From Deltaproteobacteria bacterium (GTDB lineage: Bacteria > Desulfobacterota_D > UBA1144 > Nemesobacterales > CSP1-2): a stretch of DNA of 64,000 bases. The translations under genes and the position numbers were made by a program. The stretch covers positions 288,001 through 352,000 of the forward strand of contig JBQTHB010000005.1 in NCBI GenBank assembly GCA_052390235.1. Direction: 5' to 3'. Shown here one piece after another: positions 31,255-41,464 of the stretch; the stretch's first letter is position 1, and each line of letters begins with the position of its first letter. A model generated the notes under the pieces. That model had not been told where the DNA came from, did not search any database, and worked only from the letters and a program-made list of their open reading frames with translations.

Positions 31255-31797
31255 ATGAGAAAATTCTATGCCGTAACCGCAATGGGCAAAGACCGCCCGG
31301 GAATCGTCGCCGGGGTCTCGAAGGCGCTATTCAACCTAGGAGCGAATATCGAAGACTCCAGCATGACGATTCTTCGGAGCGAATTCGCCATGATTCTCAT
31401 CGTCTCGATGGAAGACGGCGGGGCGGATTTCGAAGCTGAATTCAGGGGACTCGTCGCCTCAATGGGGCTTTTTATTTCGGTAAATGCCCTCACTCAAAGC
31501 GAGGCAGAGCCGGAGAGGCTCGCCGCCGCAACCCCCTATATAATATCCGTCATCGGCACGGATAAGCCGGGAATTGTATGGCGCGTCGCCGAGCTTCTAG
31601 CATCCAAGGCGGTGAATATCACAGACCTCAGCGCGAAAGTAATTTCCGGCGAGGACACACTGGTATATACGATGATTATCGAGGCAAACGTCCCGGATGA
31701 TGCAGATATATCCGCTCTCGAGGCGGAACTCTCGTCCCTTGAGCGCGAGATGGCAATTGACGTCAACATCAGAAAATTAGAAATCCTCGAACTTTAG
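31255..31797 (+). CDS. Tandem ACT-domain protein (GcvR-like)
   Basis: Two ACT repeats, GKDRPGIV and GTDKPGIV. Confidence 0.88.
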   Translation: MRKFYAVTAMGKDRPGIVAGVSKALFNLGANIEDSSMTILRSEFAMILIVSMEDGGADFEAEFRGLVASMGLFISVNALTQSEAEPERLAAATPYIISVIGTDKPGIVWRVAELLASKAVNITDLSAKVISGEDTLVYTMIIEANVPDDADISALEAELSSLEREMAIDVNIRKLEILEL

Positions 31798-31819
31798 CCC
31801 CCCCGCGTATGGAGCGAAA

Positions 31820-32317
31820 TTGCCCAATCTCACGGTGATTAAATACCCGCATCCGGCGCTGAGAGCGCCGTCCAAGCCCGTCGGAGAGATTACAGCTGAA
31901 ATCCGCGATTTGATTGACGGCATGACCGAGACTATGTACGCCTCGCCTGCCTGTGTTGGAGTTGCCGCCCCCCAGGTCGGACACTCGCTCAGGATTTTTG
32001 TGATGGACGTGTCGAGAAAAATAGGCGCCAAGAAAAATCACGGACTCGTGCGCATCATCAACCCTGTGATTGTCTATAGCGAGGGTGAAAAATTTTCGAG
32101 AGAGGGGTGTCTCAGCCTGCCAGATTTTCTCGGCAACGTAAAGAGGGCGCAAATTGTCATCGCGCGGGGACTAACCCCTGAGGGCAGGGAGATTGAAATC
32201 GCCGCCAAGGGGCTGGAAGCCATAGCCATTCAGCACGAGATTGACCACCTCGACGGGATGCTGTTCATTCACCGCATCGGCTCATTGGGGACGGATTTGG
32301 TGAGGCGAAAAACCTAG
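31820..32317 (+). CDS. def: Peptide deformylase
   Basis: CVGVAAPQVG, EGCLS, QHEIDHLDG. Confidence 0.93.
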   Translation: MPNLTVIKYPHPALRAPSKPVGEITAEIRDLIDGMTETMYASPACVGVAAPQVGHSLRIFVMDVSRKIGAKKNHGLVRIINPVIVYSEGEKFSREGCLSLPDFLGNVKRAQIVIARGLTPEGREIEIAAKGLEAIAIQHEIDHLDGMLFIHRIGSLGTDLVRRKT

Positions 32318-32331
32318 CGCGAACTAAGCGA

Positions 32332-32505
32332 TTATTTCTCTTCCTCTTTTCTTGGGAACACGCCGACCATCCGCCTGCGCTTCATAATCTCCTCCTCGGT
32401 GTCTTTTGCCGGGTCTCGGCTATCGTCGTAGTGGGGCTGGCGGTGTTCTTCAAACCTGTAGAGCCATGAATCTCTCTCTTTAATCTTCTGGTCAATTACT
32501 CCCAT
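32332..32505 (-). CDS. Hypothetical 57-aa charged protein (absent from the ORF track)
   Basis: AAAGGAGG RBS then MGVIDQKIKERDSWLYRFEEHRQPHYDDSRDPAKDTEEEIMKRRRMVGVFPRKEEEK*; fills the gap after the deacetylase gene. Confidence 0.75.
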   Translation of the reverse strand: MGVIDQKIKERDSWLYRFEEHRQPHYDDSRDPAKDTEEEIMKRRRMVGVFPRKEEEK

Positions 32506-32532
32506 TTTCGCAAATCCTCCTTTTGTTGAAAT

Positions 32533-33861
32533 TTATTTTACCATTTTTGAGATGGGTATTATTTCTACCTCGCCCGCAATTTTCGGAATCATCTCGGCGA
32601 GGGCTTCTATCGTCTCAGGGTAGGGGTGGCAGATGCCGACGGCGTATCCTTTGCGTTTCGACTGCTTAACGAGCGCCTCGATTTGCGATTTGATGTATTC
32701 AACGTCGCGCCTGTTGTCGAGGAAAACGTCGCGCTCGGCGGCTTTCATCCCCAATCTCTTCGCCGTCTTGTACCCTGCGCTGTCTGGGGAAGTCTTGCTG
32801 TCAACGAAAAACAGCCCCTCGCTTTTAATTCTCTCCAGCACCAGTTCCATGAGTTCTTCGTTTTCGGTAAATTTCGACCCCATGTGATTGTTGACCCCCT
32901 TCAGATGGGGAATCGAGGCTAAGTTGGCGTCGAGCTTGCGCAAAATCTCTCCTTTGCCAAGCCCTGTAAGGAGTGCGCTGTCCCCTCCGGCGTCTGCTCC
33001 GGTGTAGCCTGTGGACTCCTTCGGCTCCATCGGCAAGTGCAGGATGACGTCTCTGCCCTTTCCGTGGGCGACCTCTGCGGCGTAGCGCGAATACGAGAGA
33101 TTGGGCAGGACGGCAAAGGTGATCTCTGCGGGTATAGCTCCGAGCCTGTCAACTGCCCTTTTATCTGCTCCCAAATCGTCAACAATGATAGCCACTTTTG
33201 GACTATCCCCAAATAGCGCCTTTTCGGTCTCCCTGACTGGGGATTTATCAATCTCTACCTTGGCGATTTCCTTCGGCGGCGTATCGGATTTTTTCTTTAA
33301 CGCGGGATTTTGCTTCGGTTCAGATTCCGCGGGCTGGGGTTTTTGGGGGCGGTAATCGAACCTGAGCCTATGCGTGGGGAGATTCATCGTTCGGATTTCG
33401 GAGATTAAGTGGGTTGCGGCTGGCTTAAATCTGATTTTCACATTGCCTCGCGAAAAGGATTTGCTCAGCGCCGCCCTCACTCTGCCCTCGTCCACTCCTT
33501 CGGGAAGGGTAATTCTCGTATCCGTCAAATTCCACTTAACCCCCCCCGCATCGCGCCTCAGAATCTCCTTTCGGGCGACGTTCTTCGATGAGACGCCAAG
33601 TTGGAAAAAAGCGTCGAGGATATATCCGTCAACGTCCTCTATCGCCCGTGAAAGCTCGGCTGAGGAGATTCTCATCTCCTCTGTGGATTCCGCCTGCTTG
33701 GCAGGCTCTTTGCCCAGCCGCTCTTTGAGTTGCAACAGCCCCCACAGGCCGAGCGCGACGACCGCAACGAAGCCCAGCGCGACGACAAAAGCCCTAATGG
33801 GGGTCGGTTGTAGTCTCGATTTTTTGTTAGGTTTCGGGGTTTTTTGATTCCGTTTGCCCAA
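32533..33861 (-). CDS. Divergent polysaccharide deacetylase (YibQ-like) with N-terminal membrane anchor
   Basis: AIIVDDLG, LHLPMEP, GVNNHMGS, FVDSKT, RDVFLD, GICHP. Confidence 0.92.
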   Translation of the reverse strand: MGKRNQKTPKPNKKSRLQPTPIRAFVVALGFVAVVALGLWGLLQLKERLGKEPAKQAESTEEMRISSAELSRAIEDVDGYILDAFFQLGVSSKNVARKEILRRDAGGVKWNLTDTRITLPEGVDEGRVRAALSKSFSRGNVKIRFKPAATHLISEIRTMNLPTHRLRFDYRPQKPQPAESEPKQNPALKKKSDTPPKEIAKVEIDKSPVRETEKALFGDSPKVAIIVDDLGADKRAVDRLGAIPAEITFAVLPNLSYSRYAAEVAHGKGRDVILHLPMEPKESTGYTGADAGGDSALLTGLGKGEILRKLDANLASIPHLKGVNNHMGSKFTENEELMELVLERIKSEGLFFVDSKTSPDSAGYKTAKRLGMKAAERDVFLDNRRDVEYIKSQIEALVKQSKRKGYAVGICHPYPETIEALAEMIPKIAGEVEIIPISKMVK

Positions 33862-33880
33862 AAGGGATACGTCCTCTCTA

Positions 33881-35038
33881 TTAGCCTTTCGGGACGGCTT
33901 TGTTTATAGAGCCAGGGTTTCTGAGAATCTCTACAGACCTCTCAAGAGGCACGTCTTTTTTCTCACCGTCCTCGACTATTACGTCCGGCACTACGCCGAC
34001 CTGGCTAATGGATCTGCCGCTTGGGGCGTAGAATTTCGCCGTCGTGAGTTTCAGCCCTGCCCCGTCGTCGAGCCTGATGATGGTCTGCACAGACCCCTTG
34101 CCGAAGGTCTTGGTGCCGAGGATGACGGCGCGTTTGCTGTCCTGAAGCGCTTCGGCTACGACCTCCGACGCACTCGCGCTCCCCTTGTTCACGATGACCA
34201 CAAGCGGGTAATCCACCAATCTGCCGTCCTTCGTGGCGAAATAGTCGGTTGACTGCTCCTTCGACCTCCCCTTGACGCTCACGATGAGACCTCTATCAAT
34301 GAACTGGTCAACGATTTCCACGGCTTGGTTTAGTAGCCCGCCGGGGTTGTTCCTGAGGTCGAGGATGAGTCCTCTGAGCCTGCCGCCGTTTTGGGATTCG
34401 AGTTTTACTATCGCCTCTTTCATCTCGCCCGAGGATTTCTCCTGAAATTGAGCGAGCCTCAAGTAGCCGATGCGCTCGGGCAGGAGTTGGGATTTAATGC
34501 TTCTGACCTGAATTATGTCTCGGATGAGCGTAACTTCTCTCTGAGCCGGCTCGTTTTTACTCTGAATTGTAACCTTCACGGGGCTGTTCTTTGGGCCTCT
34601 GAGGAGATTTACCGCTTCGTCCGTAACCATGCCCTTGGTGGATTTCCCGTCAATGGCGAGTATCTGGTCGCCGGGCTTAATGCCGGCTTGCTCAGCCGGA
34701 GTGCCTTCGATGGGCGTAATCACGGTAAGCACGTTGTTCTCTACGGTGATTTCCATTCCCACCCCGCCGAATTCCCCCGACGTGCCGATTTCGAGGTCTT
34801 TGAACCGCTCCGGCGATAGATAAGCCGAGTATGGGTCTAGGGATTTGACCATTCCCTCCATAGCCGCCACGCTGAGTTTCTCGGCGTCAACGCTCTCAAC
34901 ATAATTTCTCTCGATTAAATCGAGGACACGCGTAAAATTGGATAGCCCCTTATAAGCGGCCTCATCCTCTGCCCCCGCCGCTCCAAGGGGAGCAAACCCA
35001 ATCAACGCGATATAGACAGCTAAAATCCACCTTTTCAT
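33881..35038 (-). CDS. ctpA: Carboxy-terminal processing protease (S41)
   Basis: LDPYS, PDZ domain, LDLRNNPGG, SASASE, FGKGSVQ. Confidence 0.94.
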   Translation of the reverse strand: MKRWILAVYIALIGFAPLGAAGAEDEAAYKGLSNFTRVLDLIERNYVESVDAEKLSVAAMEGMVKSLDPYSAYLSPERFKDLEIGTSGEFGGVGMEITVENNVLTVITPIEGTPAEQAGIKPGDQILAIDGKSTKGMVTDEAVNLLRGPKNSPVKVTIQSKNEPAQREVTLIRDIIQVRSIKSQLLPERIGYLRLAQFQEKSSGEMKEAIVKLESQNGGRLRGLILDLRNNPGGLLNQAVEIVDQFIDRGLIVSVKGRSKEQSTDYFATKDGRLVDYPLVVIVNKGSASASEVVAEALQDSKRAVILGTKTFGKGSVQTIIRLDDGAGLKLTTAKFYAPSGRSISQVGVVPDVIVEDGEKKDVPLERSVEILRNPGSINKAVPKG

Positions 35039-35130
35039 TGCTAAGCGCCCTCCGCTTGAGTCTCTTCGGCTAAGCGAGTAAATTTACTCGTCAAATAATA
35101 TATACTCGAATTGGAGAAGGAACAAACCCC

Positions 35131-36675
35131 GTGCCGGAAGTACAATTTAGGGAAATTCGCCGTAATATCGGGCAGATACTCATGCCCCGGCTCGATTTTC
35201 GCATCTCGCAAGACCCCATGCCTCAGGCGCGGGAACTGACGCAGAGGTTTCAAGTCGGGGGGTTTATCCTCTTCGGCGGCGAAGTGAATCAGGTAAAAGC
35301 GGCGACAGAAGCGCTCCAAAGCCTCACGGACGTTCCCCTTTTTTTTGCCTGCGATGCCGAGCGAGGCTTGGGGCAGATAGTTCATGGCGGAGTGCGCTTT
35401 CCCTTTGCCATGTCTCTCGGGGCAATAGACGATGCGGAGCTGACCTACAGGCAGGCGGCGTTCATTGCGGCCGAGATGCTCGCCGCCGGGCTAAATCTCA
35501 TATTCGCGCCCGTGGCAGATGTGAACTCGAACCCCGACAACCCGATAATTAACGTCCGCTCCTACGGGGACGACCCGCAGCTCGTTGCCCGCATGGCTCA
35601 TGCGTTCATCCGCGGCTGTCAGGACGGAGGCGTTCTCGCCTGCGCCAAACACTTCCCCGGACACGGGGGCGTAGCCGCCGACTCGCACGTGAATCTGCCG
35701 GTTTCGGCGGCAAGCCTCAGGGATTTCATGGAGCGCGACCTACATCCATTCAGGCGGGCGGCCCAAGCCCAAGCCGCCTCAATAATGATAGCCCACCTTG
35801 CCGCGCCGGATATTGACCCATCCGCCCTTCCGGCGACGCTCTCCGAGGCGATGGTTAAAAATCTCCTCATCGGCGATATGGGTTTTCGGGGTCTTGTCAT
35901 AACGGATTCGCTCATCATGGACGCGCTAAGGGGATTTGGCGACGAAGCCGCCCTTGCCCGCCGCTCAATTATTGCCGGATGCGATATTATATTAGACCCC
36001 AAACACCCAGTCGCGCTTGCCGAGGAGTTGCTTCGGATGGCGCAGTCGGGGCGGATTCCCCCAGAGGATTTGCAAAGAGCGGCGCAGAAAATCCTCTCGG
36101 CGAAGGCGGCTCGGCTCAAATCTGGGCTATCTACAATGCCCCCTTCGCGGGACTTGGGCGAGGGGTTAGTAGCCGAGATAGCCCGCCGCTCGGTTTGCTC
36201 CCTTAAGGGCGGGACTCTCCGCTCCCGAAGCGTGTGCGTTTATCTCCTCGATGCGGCGCACTCCCCGGAAGAGGGCAGGGAAGCGTCTCTGGCATTTGCC
36301 CGGCGGCTGTCCGATGCCGGAATCTCAGCCGAGGGGATTTTCGTAAGCCCCGATGAAGCCGCCTTATTCCCGGTTCGAGAAGATGGCAGGGCGATAGCCT
36401 GCATAGTGCGCACCCATCCCGCCGCTTGGACTGGCAATAGCGACCTACCCCGAAGCTACCGAGAATTTCTCCTCAGGGCATCGAGGCTCGGCGGCGAGAA
36501 GATATTTATCTCTCTCGGCTCGCCATACGTCGTCCGCCGGATAAATCCTGATGATTTCGATGCCGTTCTCTTTGCTTTCGACTCCATACCTCAGTGCGCA
36601 TTGACGGCGGCGGACGCGCTTTTGGGGAGATTTACGCCCTCCGGCAGGATGCCCGTGAGACTCGCGGGAGTATAA
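35131..36675 (+). CDS. nagZ: GH3 beta-N-acetylglucosaminidase
   Basis: APVADVN, RSYG, KHFPGHG...DSH, ITDSLIM. Confidence 0.85.
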   Translation: MPEVQFREIRRNIGQILMPRLDFRISQDPMPQARELTQRFQVGGFILFGGEVNQVKAATEALQSLTDVPLFFACDAERGLGQIVHGGVRFPFAMSLGAIDDAELTYRQAAFIAAEMLAAGLNLIFAPVADVNSNPDNPIINVRSYGDDPQLVARMAHAFIRGCQDGGVLACAKHFPGHGGVAADSHVNLPVSAASLRDFMERDLHPFRRAAQAQAASIMIAHLAAPDIDPSALPATLSEAMVKNLLIGDMGFRGLVITDSLIMDALRGFGDEAALARRSIIAGCDIILDPKHPVALAEELLRMAQSGRIPPEDLQRAAQKILSAKAARLKSGLSTMPPSRDLGEGLVAEIARRSVCSLKGGTLRSRSVCVYLLDAAHSPEEGREASLAFARRLSDAGISAEGIFVSPDEAALFPVREDGRAIACIVRTHPAAWTGNSDLPRSYREFLLRASRLGGEKIFISLGSPYVVRRINPDDFDAVLFAFDSIPQCALTAADALLGRFTPSGRMPVRLAGV

Positions 36676-36740
36676 TTTAAGCCCCCGGATACGCGAGAAT
36701 CTCAATCGCTAAAAACCTGCCTCTTTTTAGCCCTTTGGAT

Positions 36741-36768
36741 TGCCATTTCGAGCGATAGCCGGAAATCT
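36741..36768 (+). repeat. GTCAT-type palindromic repeat (degenerate)
   Basis: TGCCATTTCGAGCGATAGCCGGAAATCT, close to the copy at 12757. Confidence 0.65.
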
Positions 36769-36929
36769 GGCAGTGATAACAAATCGCTCCGAGCCAATAT
36801 TCCCGGAAACTGTAACCTCCCTCTAATTCTCGACTCGGTAAATTTGTTTAGGTATAATTAGCGCGCAATTTATCGGAGGTTAAAAAGTACGACGAAGAGC
36901 AGTAAAATTTGCCGTAAGGAGATACGCCA

Positions 36930-39900
36930 ATGAGTACCGTTCGCAACCAAGATTCATCCAACGCCCGCAAGCTCCAGATTCGCGACAGCTTCATCGCCGA
37001 ATACCCGGACGTGTTGACCCCTGAGGTACTAGCCGCGCTGGAGTATATGGCGTGGTTCAACGCCGAACAGAAAGCAGTAATGGACAAAAGAGGTCGCCGC
37101 AGGCTCGATAGGGCTAGAGCAGGGCAGAGAATCACGTTCTTAAATCCCGACGACTTCATCGGACGCACCAATATAAAGGTTCAAGACGCCAGGGACGGCA
37201 AATTCATAGGCTCCGAGATTCCTCGAGACTTGCAAAGGCAGTGGATTCAGGGAACGGGCCCCGCGACAAAACCCAATTCCACTACGGAAAAAAGCATCAG
37301 AAACGTCTCCTACGCGCTTCTATCCGGCGCGGACGGCTGGATGTTCGACGGCGAAGACGCCCTTGGGCAAATTGCCTCAATGTCGCTTGAAAACCAGAGA
37401 AATTTGAAGCTCGCCATCAGAAAAGACCCGGTGTTTATGAAGGTATCCGAGCAAGTGGCAAAGGAGATGAACCACTGGGCGCGCGGCTTTTTCGGGCGTG
37501 AGATAATTGCCGATTGGCGCAAGCAACTAGATTTTACGACAAAGATATTCCGCGTAAGAGGGCTTCACCTCGACGACCGCCACATCCGCGACGAAAACGG
37601 AGTGATGCTCTCGGCATCAATTGCCGATTTGGTCATTTACGTCGTCAATAATCACAAGGAGCTACAGAGCGCGGGCTCATCCATCGCCCTTTATCTCCCG
37701 AAGATTCAGACTGCTGAGGAGGCGGCTCTGTGGAATCAGATGCTCACGGCGCTTGAAGAGTATCTGGGTATTGCCGAGGGGGCGATAAAAGTCTACGTCC
37801 TCATCGAGCAGATAGAAGCCACATTCCAGCTTATGGAAATCAGGGCGGCTCTGGGCAGGCATTTTGTCGGATTCAACACCGGACGCTGGGACTATATTAA
37901 CAGCGTGTCCGACGCCGTGGCGTGGGATAAGGGCTTCATTAATCCCAATATCGAATCCATCACAATGACCTATAGCTACATGAGAAATTACGAAGACCGC
38001 GCCCGCCGCGCCGTGAATACCCCCGATTTAGCCGGCAACTGCGCGCTTTGGCAGGGAGGGATGGAGGCGAATATCCCCGTAGGCTCTGAAGAGGGAGTGA
38101 GAAGCAGCATGGTCAAAGTCCTTGCCGGAGCACAGAGGGAGCGGCGCGAGGGGGCGAGCGGCAAGTGGGTTGCCCACTGGAAAATGGTTCATATCGTGAG
38201 GCCCGTGTGGGAGAGTGTCGGCGATGCTAATCAGCTTGGGAGGAAATTCCCGCCCCTAGGCTATGCCCAAGCGGACGCCGACGGGCTAACCCTGCTTGAA
38301 CCCGCGCCCAGATCCATCAGAGGGGCTAGAAACCTCCTCAGCGTGGGGCTTCAGTACGGAAACGCCTTCGGACAGGGGTTTGCGGCGGCGGCTCTAAAAC
38401 CTGCGGATTTCTTCGACAACGACGACGTTTTATATCTCATGGAGGATATGGCAACCGGTGAAATCCGCCTCAGCATCCTCTGGGAGTGGCTACATAAAAA
38501 GGCAAATCTCACCGAAGACGACGCCGAAACAGGTCTCAAAGCCGGAGACGTTTTCAGCGTAGAGATTTTCAGGAAACTGCTTGTTGAGGAGTACGAAAAA
38601 CTACTCAGCGCCAAGGACAAGGACGTTCACGACGACTCAAAGGGGACGACTCTGCCCATTGCCAGAGAGATTGTAGAGGCTTACGTTCTTGGCGATGTGA
38701 AAGCCCCTTGGTACATTGACCTATTAAATATCAATTTAAATAACCATGATTTAAATATCGCAAAAGGGAGGATTAAAAATTACATGGACGCCTTCAAGAA
38801 AGACGGCGCAAGGATTACGGAAAATGTGGACTTCGCGCCTACGACCAAGAGACTCTCGATAGCCTCGGAGGATGAATCCGGGAATTTCGAGGGTGAGATA
38901 GCGGCAATGAAAGAGTGGTTTGCGCAGACCCGCTTCAAGGGGATAACCCGTCTGTACTCCGCCCGCCAAGTGGTACAGCAGAGGGGAACTATTGACACCG
39001 ACTACACGGTCGCAAAGGTCAACGCCGACCAGTTCTATAGTCGCCTAAGGGAGCTATTTGCCAAGAAACTGCAGATAACCACTTTCGGTCCCTATTCCCC
39101 CGGACAAGCCGTAACAATGAGGCGCCTCGGTATCGAGGGGATTTATCTCGGCGGATGGGCGACTTCAGCCAAAGGCTCAATCACAGAGGATCCGGGTCCC
39201 GACCTCGCGAGCTATCCCCTAAGCCAAGTCCCGGATGAGGCGGCGACCATTGTCCGCGCCCTTCTCACCGCTGACAGAAACCAAAAATACGCGCGCTTTA
39301 AGATGACCGAGAAGGAGAGAAAAGCGACCCCCAAGCACGACTTCAGACCGTTCATCATCGCCGACGCCGACACCGGACACGGCGGCGAAGCCCACGTCAG
39401 AAACCTCATCCGCAGATTCGTCGAGGTGGGCGTTACTGGATACCACATCGAAGACCAAAAGCCGGGTACGAAGAAGTGCGGACATCAGGGCGGAAAAGTC
39501 CTTGTGCCGGTGGATGAGCAGATTAAGAGGCTCAATGCCGCGAGATTCCAGCTCGATGTTATGCAGGTGCCGGGAATCATCGTAGCGCGCACCGACGCCG
39601 AAGCCGCAAACCTCCTCGACGGCAGAGGGGACGAGCGCGACCATCCGTTCATCCTCGGCGCAACCAACACGAGCGTGCCGGGATACAAGGACTGCTACCT
39701 CGCCATCCTCAGGAGATTCTACGATAAGGGAGTTCGGGACGTAAATGGGCATCTGCTCTATAAAATGTCCGAAACCGAGTACAAAGCCGCCTACGGGTGG
39801 TTCGACCAAATCGGGCTTACGCCGTTTATTGACGAGAACATCCAAGCCCTCAAAGACGGCAAAGAGAAGAGCATCACAAAGCCGCTCGACAACGCCGTAT

Positions 39901-41168
39901 CCAAATTCGTAGAGATTTGGGAGGTAGAATCGAAGCTCAAAACATACGGAGAAGCCGTAGCCGAGCTTATGAAATTCCAGATTGAAGAGGGCAGACAGCT
40001 CGATATGACGGTTGATGAGTGGTTCGAGTTCTGCAAGGGCGTATCCCTGCATCATGCCAGCGAAAAGGCAAAATCCATGGGTATTGACGCCGCTTGGGAC
40101 TGTGAACTGTCCAGAACGCCCGAAGGGTACTATCAGGTTAAGGGCGGAATTGAATACGCAATAGCCAAGTCCCTTGCTGTAGCCCCATTTGCCGATATTC
40201 TATGGATGGAAACCAACACCGCAAACTACGAAGAGGCAAAGCACTTCGCCCACGCCGTACACGCCGAATTCCCCGATAAAATGCTCGCCTATAACCTCTC
40301 GCCGTCCTTCAACTGGGACACCACGGGAATGACCGAGGACGAGATGCGCAATTTTCCCAAAGAAATCGGAAAACTCGGTTTCGTATTTGACTTCATCACA
40401 TACGGCGGACACCAGATTGATGGCTTGGCGGCTGAGGATTTTGCCACGGCTCTCCAGCAGGACGGAATGCTCGCCCTTGCTCGCCTGCAGCGCAAAATCA
40501 GGCTCATCAACTCCCCCTATAGAACCCCTCAGACCCTCGTTGGCGGACCCAGAATTGACGCCGCCCTCGTCGCCACGTCGGGACGCACGGCTACCACAAA
40601 GGCTATGGGCAAGGGGTCAACTCAGGTTCAGCACATGGTGGAAACCGAAGTGCCGCCCAAAACCCTCGAGAAGTGGCTTGAGATTTGGTCGGATAACTAC
40701 AAAGTGTCCGATACGCTCCGCGTTCAGCTAAGACCCAATACGGCAGGCTCCGAGCTTCTTGAACTCAACGTCCTAAACGAGTCAAATGCCAAGGTCGCCG
40801 ATGTCATCTTTACCACGATTCACGACCGCAGGGGCAGAACCATAATTTCCGTGCGCGACCAGAACACCTTTGATAGCGCATACCGCCAGAAACGCCTCAT
40901 GACGCTTATGCACCTGTTCCTGATACACAGGTATAAAGCCGTGTCGGTTCACTATGTCAGCCCCACGGAAGACAACGAGATACAGGCTAAGGGGATGAAG
41001 AAAATCGGGATGTACAAAGAGGTTAACGCCGAGGTCGGTCATATTATCGTCGCCGAGGTCAACGCTGAGAGGGTTAAGGACCTGCTTAATCCCGACCAAG
41101 TCGAGCTTAAACAGCTAATTTCCAAGACCGATAAGCCGAAGGGCGACAGGACGAGAAAAAAGAGCTAG
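36930..41168 (+). CDS. Bifunctional malate synthase-isocitrate lyase fusion with ICL2-type C-terminal domain
   Basis: N-half: [32 protein letters not shown] (malate synthase). C-half: [39 protein letters not shown] (isocitrate lyase). One uninterrupted ORF with AAGGAG RBS. Confidence 0.93.
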   Translation: MSTVRNQDSSNARKLQIRDSFIAEYPDVLTPEVLAALEYMAWFNAEQKAVMDKRGRRRLDRARAGQRITFLNPDDFIGRTNIKVQDARDGKFIGSEIPRDLQRQWIQGTGPATKPNSTTEKSIRNVSYALLSGADGWMFDGEDALGQIASMSLENQRNLKLAIRKDPVFMKVSEQVAKEMNHWARGFFGREIIADWRKQLDFTTKIFRVRGLHLDDRHIRDENGVMLSASIADLVIYVVNNHKELQSAGSSIALYLPKIQTAEEAALWNQMLTALEEYLGIAEGAIKVYVLIEQIEATFQLMEIRAALGRHFVGFNTGRWDYINSVSDAVAWDKGFINPNIESITMTYSYMRNYEDRARRAVNTPDLAGNCALWQGGMEANIPVGSEEGVRSSMVKVLAGAQRERREGASGKWVAHWKMVHIVRPVWESVGDANQLGRKFPPLGYAQADADGLTLLEPAPRSIRGARNLLSVGLQYGNAFGQGFAAAALKPADFFDNDDVLYLMEDMATGEIRLSILWEWLHKKANLTEDDAETGLKAGDVFSVEIFRKLLVEEYEKLLSAKDKDVHDDSKGTTLPIAREIVEAYVLGDVKAPWYIDLLNINLNNHDLNIAKGRIKNYMDAFKKDGARITENVDFAPTTKRLSIASEDESGNFEGEIAAMKEWFAQTRFKGITRLYSARQVVQQRGTIDTDYTVAKVNADQFYSRLRELFAKKLQITTFGPYSPGQAVTMRRLGIEGIYLGGWATSAKGSITEDPGPDLASYPLSQVPDEAATIVRALLTADRNQKYARFKMTEKERKATPKHDFRPFIIADADTGHGGEAHVRNLIRRFVEVGVTGYHIEDQKPGTKKCGHQGGKVLVPVDEQIKRLNAARFQLDVMQVPGIIVARTDAEAANLLDGRGDERDHPFILGATNTSVPGYKDCYLAILRRFYDKGVRDVNGHLLYKMSETEYKAAYGWFDQIGLTPFIDENIQALKDGKEKSITKPLDNAVSKFVEIWEVESKLKTYGEAVAELMKFQIEEGRQLDMTVDEWFEFCKGVSLHHASEKAKSMGIDAAWDCELSRTPEGYYQVKGGIEYAIAKSLAVAPFADILWMETNTANYEEAKHFAHAVHAEFPDKMLAYNLSPSFNWDTTGMTEDEMRNFPKEIGKLGFVFDFITYGGHQIDGLAAEDFATALQQDGMLALARLQRKIRLINSPYRTPQTLVGGPRIDAALVATSGRTATTKAMGKGSTQVQHMVETEVPPKTLEKWLEIWSDNYKVSDTLRVQLRPNTAGSELLELNVLNESNAKVADVIFTTIHDRRGRTIISVRDQNTFDSAYRQKRLMTLMHLFLIHRYKAVSVHYVSPTEDNEIQAKGMKKIGMYKEVNAEVGHIIVAEVNAERVKDLLNPDQVELKQLISKTDKPKGDRTRKKS

Positions 41169-41199
41169 TTAATAAATTTCTCTGGCAACCCCACAGGGG

Positions 41200-41239
41200 A
41201 GAGGAGTGCGGCGATAGAGGGCTGTACTCCTCTTTTTTT
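41200..41239 (+). terminator. Rho-independent terminator after the MS-ICL fusion
   Basis: AGAGGAGTGCGGC/GCTGTACTCCTCT stem followed by a T run. Confidence 0.85.
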
Positions 41240-41246
41240 ACCCGAT

Positions 41247-41447
41247 TTATGCGCCGCGTTGGCTCTTCCAGCGGGTACTGCGGCGACGTTTCCAGTTTCT
41301 TCGGTCTATTTTGTTGCGGCGGGCGTTTTCCCCTCCGTGATAGGGGCAGAGGCTACAGAGCCTCTCCCGTTTCGCTATGACGAGCTTGCGGGCTTTCTTC
41401 CACACGCTACCGGTATCGGCTGAGTCGAGTAGCTCTTTTCTTCTCAT
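41247..41447 (-). CDS. Hypothetical 66-aa highly basic protein with CxxCxxH motif
   Basis: AGGGAG RBS; lies between the dehydrogenase stop and the fusion terminator with no overlap. Confidence 0.7.
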   Translation of the reverse strand: MRRKELLDSADTGSVWKKARKLVIAKRERLCSLCPYHGGENARRNKIDRRNWKRRRSTRWKSQRGA

Positions 41448-41464
41448 AGAATTTCTCCCTCACT

